A stretch of 64,000 nt of DNA, from contig OY843592.1 in NCBI GenBank assembly GCA_963692865.2, forward strand, positions 2,336,001-2,400,000, given 5' to 3'. The DNA is from a bacterium (GTDB lineage Bacteria > UBA8248). Shown piece by piece: positions 19,167 through 28,561 of this stretch. A model generated the notes under the pieces. The model worked only from the letters and a program-made list of their open reading frames with translations. It was not told where the DNA came from and searched no databases. The position numbers were made by a program, and so were the translations under genes. How positions within the stretch are numbered: the first letter of the stretch is position 1; every line of letters starts with the position of its first letter.

Positions 19167-20078
19167 GTGAGTATAAAAATGTCGGGTCTTTTCGCACAGG
19201 CAGGCTGGGGGGAATTGTTCGCGGTAGGCGCGTCTCTTTGTTATTCGACCTCGCTCATCGCCATTCGCCAGGGGGTGCGCAGCGCGACGCCGATTGCGGG
19301 CGTCCTTATTTTAAGCTCGACCGTCTCGGTGCTGGGGCTCGTCATCGCGGCCGCCCGCGGCACGCTCTTTGAATCCTCCCTCACGCCCGTATTGATCTTC
19401 ATGCTGGGCGGCTGTCTGGGGCAGGGCGCCGGGCAGCTCACGAACGCCATCGGCATCGAGAAGATGGGCGTGAGCCGCTCCGTGCCGATTCAATCCTCAA
19501 CGCCCATCTTCTCGGTCACCTTCGCGATGATGTTTCTGGGCGAGCGGCCCGGCTTCGCCGTCATCATGGGGACGCTCTTGATCGTGGCGGGCGTCTGCCT
19601 GCTCTCCGTTACCGAGCGGCGCAAAGATCAGAGTTTCAAGAGCTTCTTTCAGGGCGCGCTCGTCTATCCGCTCACCTCGGCGCTCTCCTACGGACTCCTG
19701 CCCGTGCTGGCGAACGTCGCGTTTTCCTACCAGAAAACCCCCATCGTGGGCTTCGCCTGCGCCTTCACGGCGGGAACCCTCCTCCTCGCGGTGACGCGCC
19801 CTCTCCTGCCCGACGGCGGCAAGCTCGTGGTAGACCGGAGAGCCGCCTGCTGGTTTCTGGGCGCAGGAATCACAACGACGATCGCGGCCATCTTTTTCTG
19901 GACGGCGATGAGCATCGCGCCCGTCTCGACCGTGCTGCCGCTGAGCAGGCTCGTGCCCCTGTGGGTGGTCCTGTGGACATATCTCTTCTTGGGCGGGCTC
20001 GAACGCATCACCTCTCGCATCGTCCTGGCGGCGGGGATGGTCGTGGCGGGAGGGGTGCTGATCACCGCCTTCAAGTAA
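19167..20078 (+). CDS. DMT/EamA family transporter (paralog 2)
   Basis: GIEKMGVSRS, TPIFSVTFAMMFLGERP, VLPLSR. Confidence 0.92.
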   Translation: MSIKMSGLFAQAGWGELFAVGASLCYSTSLIAIRQGVRSATPIAGVLILSSTVSVLGLVIAAARGTLFESSLTPVLIFMLGGCLGQGAGQLTNAIGIEKMGVSRSVPIQSSTPIFSVTFAMMFLGERPGFAVIMGTLLIVAGVCLLSVTERRKDQSFKSFFQGALVYPLTSALSYGLLPVLANVAFSYQKTPIVGFACAFTAGTLLLAVTRPLLPDGGKLVVDRRAACWFLGAGITTTIAAIFFWTAMSIAPVSTVLPLSRLVPLWVVLWTYLFLGGLERITSRIVLAAGMVVAGGVLITAFK

Positions 20079-20127
20079 ACGCCCGCTCATCTCGCCTAAG
20101 CGTCCCGGTGCGTGTATAGTCGCGCCC

Positions 20128-21033
20128 ATGAACGCGCAAGCTCCCTTTTTCATGTCGGGCGAAATCCTCGCTCTGGCCTCCTCGTTCATCTACTCGGCGG
20201 CGCTCATATCCTTCCGCCGGGGTTTGAGGAGCGCCTCTCCCATCACCGGAGTGCTCATCACCAACGCCGTGGCGAGCGCTTTGCTCTTGAGCCTCGCCTT
20301 TTTCCTGGGCACGCTGCAGACCTCCTCGCTCAGGCCCGTCTTGTGGTTCATGCTGGCGGGCTGCCTGGGGCAGGGGATGGGCCATCTGGCTTCCTACACG
20401 GCGATTCAGCGCATCGGCGCGAGCCGCACCAGCCCCGTTCAGGCTTCGGCCCCGATATGGGCGGTTTTTTTCGCCGCCTTCTTTCTGGGGGAAGAGCCGG
20501 GCGTGGCGGTCGTGCTCGGCACGCTCGCCATCGTCGGGGGCGTGGCGCTCATCTCGATGGGCGAGGGCAAGGACGTCGCCAAGGGCGGCATGGGGCCGGA
20601 GTTCCGCCGCGCGCTGATGTTTCCCGTCTTCGCTTCGTTCATGTACGCCGCCATGCCCGTGATCGCGAAAATCGGCTATGCCGGGCAGAGAACGCCCTTC
20701 GCGGCGGTGGGCTTCGCCTTTCTGGCGGGTTTCCTCTTTCTTCTTTGCGCGAAGCCGTTTCTGGGCGCGAGCGGCAGGCTGCGGGCGGATATGCGCGGCG
20801 TGCGATGGATTCTGCTGGGTTCGCTCTTCTCCGCCACCGCCACGGGGCTTTTGTGGTACACCCTCACGTTCTCGGACGTGACGGTCGTCCTCCCCCTGAG
20901 CCGCACCGCCCCGATATGGGTGGTGCTCTTAAGCCTCGTCTTCATGGGCGACATGGAGCGCGTGAACGCGCGCATCTTCGGCGCGGCGGGGCTGGTCGTC
21001 CTGGGCGGATTCCTGATCACGAGTTTTCGGTGA
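20128..21033 (+). CDS. DMT/EamA family transporter (paralog 3)
   Basis: AIQRIGASRT, APIWAVFFAAFFLGEEP, VLPLSR. Confidence 0.92.
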   Translation: MNAQAPFFMSGEILALASSFIYSAALISFRRGLRSASPITGVLITNAVASALLLSLAFFLGTLQTSSLRPVLWFMLAGCLGQGMGHLASYTAIQRIGASRTSPVQASAPIWAVFFAAFFLGEEPGVAVVLGTLAIVGGVALISMGEGKDVAKGGMGPEFRRALMFPVFASFMYAAMPVIAKIGYAGQRTPFAAVGFAFLAGFLFLLCAKPFLGASGRLRADMRGVRWILLGSLFSATATGLLWYTLTFSDVTVVLPLSRTAPIWVVLLSLVFMGDMERVNARIFGAAGLVVLGGFLITSFR

Positions 21034-21165
21034 ATTTTCCTCACCCACGCCTGAATGCAGGGGAAAATGGCGGTTCTTTAAGGGGGGCGTGATAATATAC
21101 GCGTCGAAGAATTCCCCCGATATTCGGCGCTTCTTTCTCTCCGTCCGCTGCTCTGGAGGAAAACC

Positions 21166-21558
21166 ATGCAAAATCTATACGGATGGTTCGGAAATTTCCT
21201 GATTCTCGCGGCGGCGCTGCTGACGGCGAACAATCTCTTCTTCGCCGCGAACCCCGCCGCCGCGACGCCTCTTTTCATCTACGCCGACGTTCTCGTGCTG
21301 GCGGGGTTCGTGATCGTCCTGGCCGACGGCTTTCGGGCCATATATTCATCGGCGAAGAGCGAAACCTACCAGTTGATGATATGCGTCTTCGGCATCACGG
21401 GGCATCTGTATGCCTACAACACCCTGGCGAAGGTCTCGGCGAGCGGACTCCAGAATCCCACGTTGTGGCTCATCATCGACCCCGTCGTCATGGCGTTGTT
21501 CATCTACAGGGGGCTGCAGTGGAAGCGGGAAGCCGCAACCGGTGCTTCTCCCGCGTGA
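21166..21558 (+). CDS. Small hypothetical membrane protein (about 4 TM)
   Basis: SD GGAGG; four hydrophobic segments; host-like codon usage. Confidence 0.8.
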   Translation: MQNLYGWFGNFLILAAALLTANNLFFAANPAAATPLFIYADVLVLAGFVIVLADGFRAIYSSAKSETYQLMICVFGITGHLYAYNTLAKVSASGLQNPTLWLIIDPVVMALFIYRGLQWKREAATGASPA

Positions 21559-21679
21559 GGATGGAAACTGCGCTGCCGGGATGTGTTAGAAATTAAGCGT
21601 TAAAAAATAATAGATTGCGAGTTATTTATAAAGCAATTCTTTAAGGATTGAAGCGTCGGAATCCTCCGGCGTGCTTCTT

Positions 21680-24418
21680 TCACCGCCGCCTTCTCGGCTT
21701 TCTCACCCGCACGGCGCAGAACTTGAACTCGGGGATTTTCCCGTAGGGGTCGAGGTCGTCCACGGTGAGCAGGTTGGCGGCGGCCTCCACGTAGTGGAAG
21801 GGGATGAACACCTGGCCGGGCCGCACGCGCGCGGCAGCCCGGGTGGGGAGGGTGATCTCCCCGCGCCTCGATTCCACGCGAACGTCCGCGCCGTCCCTGA
21901 TCCTGAGGCGCTTCAAGTCGTCTGGCGCCATTTCCACGTAGGGGCCGGGTTCGGCGGCCTCCAGGGCCTGCGCCCTTCTGGTGATGGCCCCGGTGTGCCA
22001 GTGGTAGATGTTGCGCCCCGTGTTCAAGACGAAGGGGTAGTCGTCGTCCGGTAGTTCCTTTGCGGGGGCATACTGGACGGGAATGAGTTTCCCCCTGCCG
22101 GACGGGAACGATTTCGTGAACAGGATTTCCGTGCCCGGACGATCGGGTCTCGCGCACGGCCAGACGAGTCCGTGTTCTCCCAAGCGGTTGTAGGACATTC
22201 CCGCCATGAACGGCGTGAGCGATGCGATTTCATCGAAAATCTCCGCTTCCGACGCATAGTCCATCGGGTAGCCGAGCCGCGCCGATAGTTCGGCCACGAT
22301 GCGCCAGTCTTCGCGCGCTTCGCCGGGCGGGCTGACGGCGCGCCTGCCGATCTGGACCCTCCTGTCCGTGTTCGTATAGGTGCCCGTTTTTTCGGGAAAC
22401 GCCGTGGAGGGCAGCACCACGTCGGCGAAACAGGCGGTTTCCGTCAGAAAAATATCCTGGACGGCGAGGAATTCGAGGTTGGCGAGCGCGCCCCTGGAGT
22501 GGTTGAGATTGGGATCGCTCATCGCGGGGTTCTCGCCCATGACGTACATGCCCTTGATCTCGCCCCTGAGGGCGGCGTCCGCGATTTCCATCACGGTGAG
22601 GCCGGGCGCGGGGTCGAGCTTCCGGCCCCAGGCTTTTTCGAATTTCCTGCGGATTCTGGGCGAGGCGACGTCCTGATAGCCCGAATACACCATGGGAATG
22701 AGGCCCACGTCCGACGCTCCCTGCACGTTGTTCTGGCCCCGCAGGGGGTGGAGGCCCGTTCCTGCTCGCCCGATCTGCCCGCAAACGAGGCACAGGGCGA
22801 TGAGCGCGCGGCAGTTGTCCGTGCCGTGGGTGTGCTGGGAGAGGCCCATGCCCCAGAAGATCATGCTGCGATCGGCCGTCGCGTACCCTCTGGCCAGTTG
22901 CCTGAGCGTTTCTGCGGGGACGCCGGTGAGTTTGGCGGCGTTCTCGGGCGTGTAGGGCTTCACGTTTTCGGCGAGCGCCTCGAACCCCTCCGTGCGCGCG
23001 GCGACGAAGTCCGCGTCGTAGAGTTTTTCCTCGATCACGACGTTCAAGAGCCCGTTGAAGAGCGCCACGTCCGTTCCGGGGCGGAACTGCAAGAAGGCGT
23101 CCGCGTGGTCGACCAGGTCGATTCTCCTCGGGTCCACGACGGCCAGCGTGGCGCCCGCGCCAGCGGCCTGCTTGATGAAGGTGGCGGCCACGGGGTGGTT
23201 TTCCGTTGCGTTCGCCCCCGCCACGAGGATGAAGTCGGCCTTCAGGGCGTCTGCGAAGGGGTTGCTCACCGCGCTCGATCCGATGGTCTGGAACAGGGCG
23301 GCCACCGAACTGGAGTGGCAAAGCCTGGTGCAGTGGTCCACGTTGTTCGTCCCGAAGGCGGCGCGGATGAGTTTCTGGAAGAGGTAGTTGTCCTCGTTCG
23401 AGCATTTGGCCGAGCCGAAGCCGGCCAGAGCCGAGGGGCCGTGCGCCTCGTGGATTTTCCCGAGCGAGGCCGCCGTCAGGTCCAGGGCTTCATCCCAGCC
23501 CGCCTCGCGGAACAGGGAGAGGGGGTTTCCCGGAAGCTCCTTCGTCTTGGGCGCGCCCTCTTTGCGGATGAGGGGGGTCGTCAACCGGTCGGGGTGGTGC
23601 GCGTAGTCGAACCCGTAGCGCCCCTTCACGCAGAGTCTTCCCCGGTTCACGGGGCTCGTCTCGTCTCCCTGGACGCCGATGAGGGTGTTGTCCGCCACCT
23701 GGTAGGTGATGGAGCAGCCCACGCCGCAGTAGGGGCAGAGCGAGTCCACCTCCTTTGGTTCCGCAGGGGCGGTTGGCAGCGTGAGGGATTTGTTGGTGAG
23801 CGCGTCGGTGGGGCAGGCGGCCATGCACTCCCCGCAGGAGACGCAGGTGGATTCCCCCATCGGCAGGTCCGCGTCGAACACGATTCGCGCGTTCGCGCCC
23901 TTGCCGCCGCGCCCGATGACGTTGTTGCCCTGAACGTCCGTGCAGGCGCGGATGCAGCGGTCGCACAGGATGCACGCGCCGTGGTCGACGGCGATGACGG
24001 CGGATGAGGAATCCTGCGCTCGCCCCGTCTCCTTGGGGGGCAGGGCGTTCACGCCGTTTTGGACTTTCATCTGCTCGGCGAGGGCGGTGAGTTCGCAGTT
24101 CGCAGGCTCGGACTCGGGCCCGTGGTCCGCCATCAGCATGGCCACGAGGGTTTTCTGGGCGCGCACGACGCGCTCGCTTCCCGTCTGGATCACCATGCCG
24201 GGCTCGACTTTCCGGTGGCAGGCGGGAACCAGCGTCCGCGCACCCTCGACCTCCACGGCGCACACGCGGCAAACGCCGGCGGGCTCCATGCCGGGCTGGT
24301 GGCAGAGCCTCGGGATGTCGACCCCCATCGACTGCGCGGCCTCCCAGATGGTCGAGCCGGGCGGCGCCTCGATTTCCCGGCCGTCGATGGTGATCGTCAT
24401 CGTCTTTTCGTCAGACAT
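21680..24418 (-). CDS. fdhF: Formate dehydrogenase alpha subunit (Cys type) with N-terminal Fe-S domains
   Basis: IPRLC..CRVC, CILCDRCIRAC, CVSCGECMAACP, CPYCGVGC, LCVKGRYG, DHCTRLCH, PLRGQNNVQG, KIPEFK. Confidence 0.96.
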   Translation of the reverse strand: MSDEKTMTITIDGREIEAPPGSTIWEAAQSMGVDIPRLCHQPGMEPAGVCRVCAVEVEGARTLVPACHRKVEPGMVIQTGSERVVRAQKTLVAMLMADHGPESEPANCELTALAEQMKVQNGVNALPPKETGRAQDSSSAVIAVDHGACILCDRCIRACTDVQGNNVIGRGGKGANARIVFDADLPMGESTCVSCGECMAACPTDALTNKSLTLPTAPAEPKEVDSLCPYCGVGCSITYQVADNTLIGVQGDETSPVNRGRLCVKGRYGFDYAHHPDRLTTPLIRKEGAPKTKELPGNPLSLFREAGWDEALDLTAASLGKIHEAHGPSALAGFGSAKCSNEDNYLFQKLIRAAFGTNNVDHCTRLCHSSSVAALFQTIGSSAVSNPFADALKADFILVAGANATENHPVAATFIKQAAGAGATLAVVDPRRIDLVDHADAFLQFRPGTDVALFNGLLNVVIEEKLYDADFVAARTEGFEALAENVKPYTPENAAKLTGVPAETLRQLARGYATADRSMIFWGMGLSQHTHGTDNCRALIALCLVCGQIGRAGTGLHPLRGQNNVQGASDVGLIPMVYSGYQDVASPRIRRKFEKAWGRKLDPAPGLTVMEIADAALRGEIKGMYVMGENPAMSDPNLNHSRGALANLEFLAVQDIFLTETACFADVVLPSTAFPEKTGTYTNTDRRVQIGRRAVSPPGEAREDWRIVAELSARLGYPMDYASEAEIFDEIASLTPFMAGMSYNRLGEHGLVWPCARPDRPGTEILFTKSFPSGRGKLIPVQYAPAKELPDDDYPFVLNTGRNIYHWHTGAITRRAQALEAAEPGPYVEMAPDDLKRLRIRDGADVRVESRRGEITLPTRAAARVRPGQVFIPFHYVEAAANLLTVDDLDPYGKIPEFKFCAVRVRKPRRRR

Positions 24419-24433
24419 TTCCCAGCCCCGGTC

Positions 24434-26083
24434 TCATTTGAGCCTCGCCTTGATATCCGCCTCGAAGTATTCGAAAAGCGAGAGATAGGGAATCGGCGCG
24501 GCCTGTCCGAGCCCGCAGATGGAGGTGTCCTTCATGGCCTCGCATATCTCGCGCATGGCGGGCAGCTCCGAAGCGCGTCCCTCCCCGCGCAGGACCCGCT
24601 CCAGAAAGGCGGTGAGTTTTTCCGTACCCAGGCGGCAGGGCACGCACTTGCCGCAGGATTCGTCCCTGAAAAAGCGCACCACGTTGTGGGCGAGCGCCGC
24701 CATGTCCACCCCCTCGGGAATGACGACGAGCGCTCCGCTGCCCAGCATGCTGCCCGCCTCCTGAAGGGAGTCGAAGTCGTATGGAATATCGGCGAGGCCG
24801 GCGGGCAGAAACCCGCTGCTGGCCCCGCCCGGGGAAAACGCCTTCAGGCGCGCGCCCCGCGTCAGTCCGCCCGCTGTACCCTCGATGATCTCCCGGATGG
24901 GCGTGCCGAACTCCACCTCGTAGACGCCCGGTTTTCGCACCGCGCCGCTCACGCCCACCACCTTGAAGCCTTTTGCCCCGTTTCGCCCGAAAGAGGTGAA
25001 CCACGCGGCCCCGTTCTTGAGCACCGCCGGTATGAGCGCGAAGGTCTCGACGTTGTTGATGAGGGTGGGCTTGCCGAACAGACCCGCCGTGCCGGGGAAG
25101 GGGGGTTTGTCGCGGGGCTGTGCGCGCTTGTCCTCCAGGACTTCTAAGAGCGCCGTCTCCTCCCCGCAGATGTAGCCGCCCGGACTGATGAAGATTTCGA
25201 GGCTTGGGCTTTTCTTCGTGCCGACGAGCCGGGCCTCGCGCGCGCGCTCGATGGCTTTCTGGAGCCTCCCCGCCTGCGCGCCGTATTCATGGCGTATGTA
25301 GATGATGGCGCGCGCAGCGCCCACGACCCGGCAGGCGATGAGTATCCCCTCGACGACGAGTTCGGGATGCGAGTCCATGATGGCGCGGTCCTTGAACGTG
25401 CCCGGCTCGCTCTCATCGGCGTTGCAGACGACGAATTTCTCCGCCCCCGGCGCGCTCCGGACGAAACTCCACTTGAGCCCGGCCGGAAAGCCTGCCCCGC
25501 CCATGCCGCGCAGGCCGCTCTCCTTGAGGGTTTCGATGACGCTTTCGGGGTTTCCGCTCCGCATCAGGGAGCGCAGGACGCCGTAGGCCTCGTTCTTGCG
25601 GTAGGGATTGATGCGCGATGCGTTTTTGAGTTTCTGCGCCCTGGAAGCGGGCCTCGTCGCTCTATTTTTCCAGGACTCCAGGATTTCTTGAAATTTCTCG
25701 TCCGTGAGGGATGAATAGATGCGGCCCTCGATCTCGGCGGCGGGCCCCTTGTCGCACCGGCCCAGGCAGGAGCAGCCTTCGGGCCGGAGGTTCCTGACGC
25801 CCGCGCGGCGGGCGATTTTTTTCGCGTTATCGAGCAGCGCATCGCCGCCTGCGAGCAGGCAACTCATGTCCCGGCAGACCTGGACTTTCGGTTTCGCGGG
25901 TTTTTCCAGGTGAAAGTGCGGGAAAAAACTGGCGATGCCGTATGAATCGTATATGGGCACGCCGAGGTCTTTGGATATCTCCGTAATCGCTTCCTTGGAG
26001 AGATAGCCTTCTTCGCGCTGGCGGGAGAGCAGGGCCTCGATTTTGGCGGGAGGCTTGTAGGCCGTGGAAGCGTTTTCTGTCAT
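24434..26083 (-). CDS. Fused NuoE/NuoF-like diaphorase subunit of an NAD-linked formate dehydrogenase
   Basis: VCRDMSC..CLGRC (2Fe-2S), GLRGMGGAGFP, NADESEPGTFKDR, YICGEETAL, ESCGKCVPCR..C. Confidence 0.93.
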   Translation of the reverse strand: MTENASTAYKPPAKIEALLSRQREEGYLSKEAITEISKDLGVPIYDSYGIASFFPHFHLEKPAKPKVQVCRDMSCLLAGGDALLDNAKKIARRAGVRNLRPEGCSCLGRCDKGPAAEIEGRIYSSLTDEKFQEILESWKNRATRPASRAQKLKNASRINPYRKNEAYGVLRSLMRSGNPESVIETLKESGLRGMGGAGFPAGLKWSFVRSAPGAEKFVVCNADESEPGTFKDRAIMDSHPELVVEGILIACRVVGAARAIIYIRHEYGAQAGRLQKAIERAREARLVGTKKSPSLEIFISPGGYICGEETALLEVLEDKRAQPRDKPPFPGTAGLFGKPTLINNVETFALIPAVLKNGAAWFTSFGRNGAKGFKVVGVSGAVRKPGVYEVEFGTPIREIIEGTAGGLTRGARLKAFSPGGASSGFLPAGLADIPYDFDSLQEAGSMLGSGALVVIPEGVDMAALAHNVVRFFRDESCGKCVPCRLGTEKLTAFLERVLRGEGRASELPAMREICEAMKDTSICGLGQAAPIPYLSLFEYFEADIKARLK

Positions 26084-26230
26084 GGCAATCTCCCCGTGAG
26101 CCGCAATGCCTCGGAAATCATTCTAAGTGTTCGCGCCGCGTGGTGTCCAGCAATTCTTTGGGGCGATATGCCGCCTGCTCAGGGTGGCGGAAAACAACCT
26201 TCCCGTCTCTCCTTGCCGTGAACCCTCCAA

Positions 26231-26825
26231 CTCCCCTTGAGGGGGTTGTTGAAAAACTCCACCAATCGAGAGTGTTCACCGTCATTCCGGACTTGAGCCG
26301 GAATGACGAACAGAACTACACCGCCTCATGGGGTTGTTGAAAAACTCCTCTCCGCCTCATCCTGAGTAGCGGCGAAGCCGCGTATCGAAGGATGCCCTCT
26401 CGCCACGACGCGGGAGGGTCGGCTCCCCCCGCCGCCTTTGACAGGCTCAGGACAGGCCCCTTCGATACGCCGCCTCCGGCGGCTACTCAGGGTGAGGAAA
26501 GAGGCGTCGTCGGTTTGCAGGGTCGCATACGGGGCTTTTTCAACAGCCCCCATGGGGACAGATCGCGGCCTCGGACAGGCGCGGGGGCCTGTCCCTACGG
26601 TCGCCATTCGAAGGAGTATGTAGGGGTCGCCGCTCGGGATTGACCCACTGCGCGGCGTCGGGCTTCGCAGAACGCTTGATGCCCTCATCCCGAATAGCGG
26701 CCCCTACCCCTCATCCTGAGTAGGCGCGTAAGCGCCGTATCGAAGGATGGGGCGCGAATTTCGCCCTTCGATACAAACGCTCCTTTCTCAGTCGCGTTTT
26801 ACCTTCGGCGGCTACTCAGGGTGAG
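26231..26825. repeat. Nested TIR/REP mosaic
   Basis: GGGGTTGTTGAAAAACTCC at about 26242 and 26330, TTTTTCAACAGCCCC at 26536; CTCATCCTGAGTAG..CGTATCGAAGGATG units at 26357 and 26710; CGTC-type REP at 26280; GTAG-type at 26573. Confidence 0.85.
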
Positions 26826-26982
26826 GCGGAGCGGAGGGCTGCGCAGGACGAGGAGGGGGATTGCGCCGCATCGGCCTTTTCCAACAGTTCGCCTTGCGCC
26901 GGTGGCTTGTGAGCCGCCGCGCTTGTCGAGTACATTGAGGCCTTCGCGTGGGGACGTCTCTTGCCGGTTCGAGGAGTCTGGT

Positions 26983-27501
26983 TTGACCGCCTTGGTTCGC
27001 TCTTTTCATTTCGCGCTTCTCGTATCCTGGCTCGCCCTCACGCTGGGGGTGTGGTGGGCCGCGACGAATTCCTTCGACGCGTTCGACGCGGTGAAGAATC
27101 CGGCGGCGGCGAAGCTGTTCGAACCCGCCTCGCGGGCGAAGATCAAGGGCCGCATGGCCGCGAGGGAGGTCAACGCCCGCATCTTCCGCGCCTGGAATCG
27201 TCTGCAACTCGTCTTTGTGGGTTTGCTGTTTCTCTCCGTCTGGCGAGGAGGGCGGATGCGCGGTCTATCACCCATTCTGGCGGGTTGCCTGCTCCTCATC
27301 GTGTGCGTCCACGTCTTTTGGTTCTCGCCGAAGATAGAGACGCTCGGCCGAATTCTCACGAGCGCCGAGGCTTCGGCGGGCGCGCCCGCCGTGCAGATCG
27401 AATTCGGGCGCTACCACGGCGCCTACGTCGTCACGGACGCGCTCAAGGCGTGCATCCTGGCCGCGGCGATATGGATTTCCCCCTGGCGCAGGGCCGCTTG
27501 A
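26983..27501 (+). CDS. DUF4149/TMEM205-like membrane protein
   Basis: TTG after SD GAGGAG; four TM segments; FGRYHGAY near the C-terminus. Confidence 0.7.
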   Translation: MTALVRSFHFALLVSWLALTLGVWWAATNSFDAFDAVKNPAAAKLFEPASRAKIKGRMAAREVNARIFRAWNRLQLVFVGLLFLSVWRGGRMRGLSPILAGCLLLIVCVHVFWFSPKIETLGRILTSAEASAGAPAVQIEFGRYHGAYVVTDALKACILAAAIWISPWRRAA

Positions 27502-27564
27502 AGCGAGTCTTCGCACGGGTGAGAATGCCGCTCAATTTTTTTACCTCATTGCGGCGCGAGACTA

Positions 27565-27599
27565 TCGACAAGACGGGTAAATGCGCTAGAATTACCCGT
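27565..27599 (+). promoter_or_regulatory. Candidate sigma70 promoter with overlapping inverted repeat
   Basis: TCGACA-N16-TAGAAT overlapped by ACGGGTAA-N11-TTACCCGT. Confidence 0.5.
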
Positions 27600-27679
27600 T
27601 CACGCCGCCTTGTTGTCGCTATGATGTCGTAATAGTGTCTTGGTGATGTCGTAGCGACGTCGCCATAGGGGACATCATA

Positions 27680-28561
27680 TTGAATCCCGCCTATGGGAAA
27701 CATTGGTTTTCGCCGCGCGCGCGGAATCGCACTCCGGCAGGAAAGTTCATCTTTGCGGGATTGTTTGTTTTCTCGTCGCTCATCTTCTCATCGACCCTCG
27801 CATGGGCGGTAGATGGCATCTGCAAGCCGGGTATCGTCCAGCGTGACGGACGCTTCATCCCCGTCTCGACGAGGGGCGGATGGACGCGTGTGTCGAGGAG
27901 CCGTGAAGTTCGACTCAAATTCCTGGGCCATTCGAGCTTTCTGATCAGCGCGCCGGGCGGCGGACGGGCCGTGATGGACCCCTACGTCATCCCCATCCTG
28001 GACCCGCCGCCCGAGGCCGTCACCGTCAGCAATTTCCACGAAACCCACTCCATGACGGCGCCCTACGTGGGCAAGTCGGAGATATTCTTCGGCGTGACGC
28101 AGGAGGGGAAACCCAACGCCATCGACGAGAAGTTCGGAAACCTGAGAATCGCGTCTTTTCCCCAGGTGGACGGGGACGAAAACCATCCCTTCGTCCTGAA
28201 CACCATTCACGTTTTTCAGGCGGGCGGGCTTTGCGTCGCGCACTTCGGGAACGCGCGCTTCGGCCCCTCGCCCGGGCAGATTCGCGCGCTGGGGAAAATC
28301 CATGTGCTCCTGCTTCCGATCGACGGCTCGTTCACGGTGCCCCACGACGTGGCGGCCAAGATCGTCAAGCGCATCGGCCCCAACATCGTGATACCGATGC
28401 ACTACTTCGGTCCCGAATTGACCGGTGAGTTCGAAAAGGCCCTGAAGGCCGAGGGAATCACGAGAGTCATTCGCCCGACGGAAGCCGAACTCGTGCTCAC
28501 GCGAAAAAGGCTGCCGCCGCCCACGACCTATGTGGTATTGCCCGATGTCAACGTCCCGTGA
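27680..28561 (+). CDS. Exported MBL-fold metallo-hydrolase-like protein
   Basis: Signal-like segment ending AWA; FLGHSSFLI, MDPY, LLLPIDG, VIPMHY. Confidence 0.85.
   Translation: MNPAYGKHWFSPRARNRTPAGKFIFAGLFVFSSLIFSSTLAWAVDGICKPGIVQRDGRFIPVSTRGGWTRVSRSREVRLKFLGHSSFLISAPGGGRAVMDPYVIPILDPPPEAVTVSNFHETHSMTAPYVGKSEIFFGVTQEGKPNAIDEKFGNLRIASFPQVDGDENHPFVLNTIHVFQAGGLCVAHFGNARFGPSPGQIRALGKIHVLLLPIDGSFTVPHDVAAKIVKRIGPNIVIPMHYFGPELTGEFEKALKAEGITRVIRPTEAELVLTRKRLPPPTTYVVLPDVNVP

Noticed and set aside
24434-26083. nuoEF of respiratory complex I or a hydrogenase subunit
   Set aside because: No other nuo or hydrogenase genes; it is coupled to the FDH alpha gene.
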